DNA of 64,000 nucleotides from Ignavibacteriota bacterium. GTDB taxonomy: Bacteria > Bacteroidota > Ignavibacteria > UBA10030. Below the pieces are notes generated by a model that worked only from the letters and a program-made list of their open reading frames with translations, did not search any database and was not told where the DNA came from. Shown here piece by piece: positions 63,701-64,000 of the stretch (the first letter of the stretch is position 1; each line of letters begins with the position of its first letter). The DNA lies in the NCBI GenBank assembly GCA_963701295.1, contig OY969585.1:192001-256000 (forward strand). Reading direction: 5' to 3'. A program made the translations under genes and the position numbers.

Positions 63701-63773
63701 AGGATACGAAAATAATTGTCACAGACTCAACATACGAGCGGCACCAAATAAAGATTATGATTAAGGAGAGACT

Positions 63774-64000
63774 ATGAAAACACTTGCTGGACGTCGACGA
63801 AGTATCGGGCTCGCTGGTGCTGCACTCTGGTTATTTGTGATTAGTTTCGTCTGTGTCACATGGTCGCTTCTGGTAATCGGAACACCGATGGCAAGACTGG
63901 TGCTCATCGGCACGTTTGTTCTTATGGGTGCCCTCCTTGCAACCGACATAGTGGTGATTCGTGCGGCGTTGGGCTTGCCCGTTAGCATTGCACCGCGAAC
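63774..64000 (+). CDS. Cassette 25 membrane protein, runs off the window
   Basis: AAGGAG RBS; MKTLAGRRRSIGLAGAALWLF..., open to the window end. Confidence 0.65.
   Translation, partial: MKTLAGRRRSIGLAGAALWLFVISFVCVTWSLLVIGTPMARLVLIGTFVLMGALLATDIVVIRAALGLPVSIAPR

Larger units (their letters stand above)
62502..63738 (-). mobile_element. IS110-family (IS621-like) element inserted in truncated attC 24
   Basis: AG core at 62500-62501 and 63737-63738; circle junction on the minus strand ACAGTAC-CT-CGTAT; non-coding region upstream of tnp. Confidence 0.88.
32172..64000 (+). mobile_element. Integron gene-cassette array (~25 cassettes, 24 attC; no intI in the window)
   Basis: Repeated RYYYAAC-N-CTCAAGCTGAC...GCAGCTTAG-N-GTTRRRY units between mostly AT-rich co-oriented ORFs. 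Confidence 0.95.

Overview
Bacterial DNA, most consistent with an Ignavibacteria/Bacteroidota-type chromosome (inferred from gene content). 1-28.1 kb is housekeeping: rsmI, nadE, lat, ALDH, purB, HtrA-like protease, two plsY, gpsA, ispD, queA, ppdK, lpxK, lpxB, smc, a GH2-membrane fusion and glgP. 28.3-31.8 kb is a decayed sensory module with a heme-c MCP between two ~270-bp direct repeats. From 32.17 kb to the end is an integron-type array of about 25 co-oriented cassettes with 24 unusually long attC sites. It starts at an attI-like site with no intI next to it and decays toward the distal end. Two unrelated IS110-family elements insert at the same attC nucleotide: two IS1111-type copies, and one IS621-like element whose bridge-RNA guides can be read directly and spell the attC target. 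The most novel signal is a family of cassettes (three gene-less, one with a gene in the loop) that share a covarying 13-14 bp stem at a fixed +8 position. All product calls come from motif recognition by eye; no searches were run.
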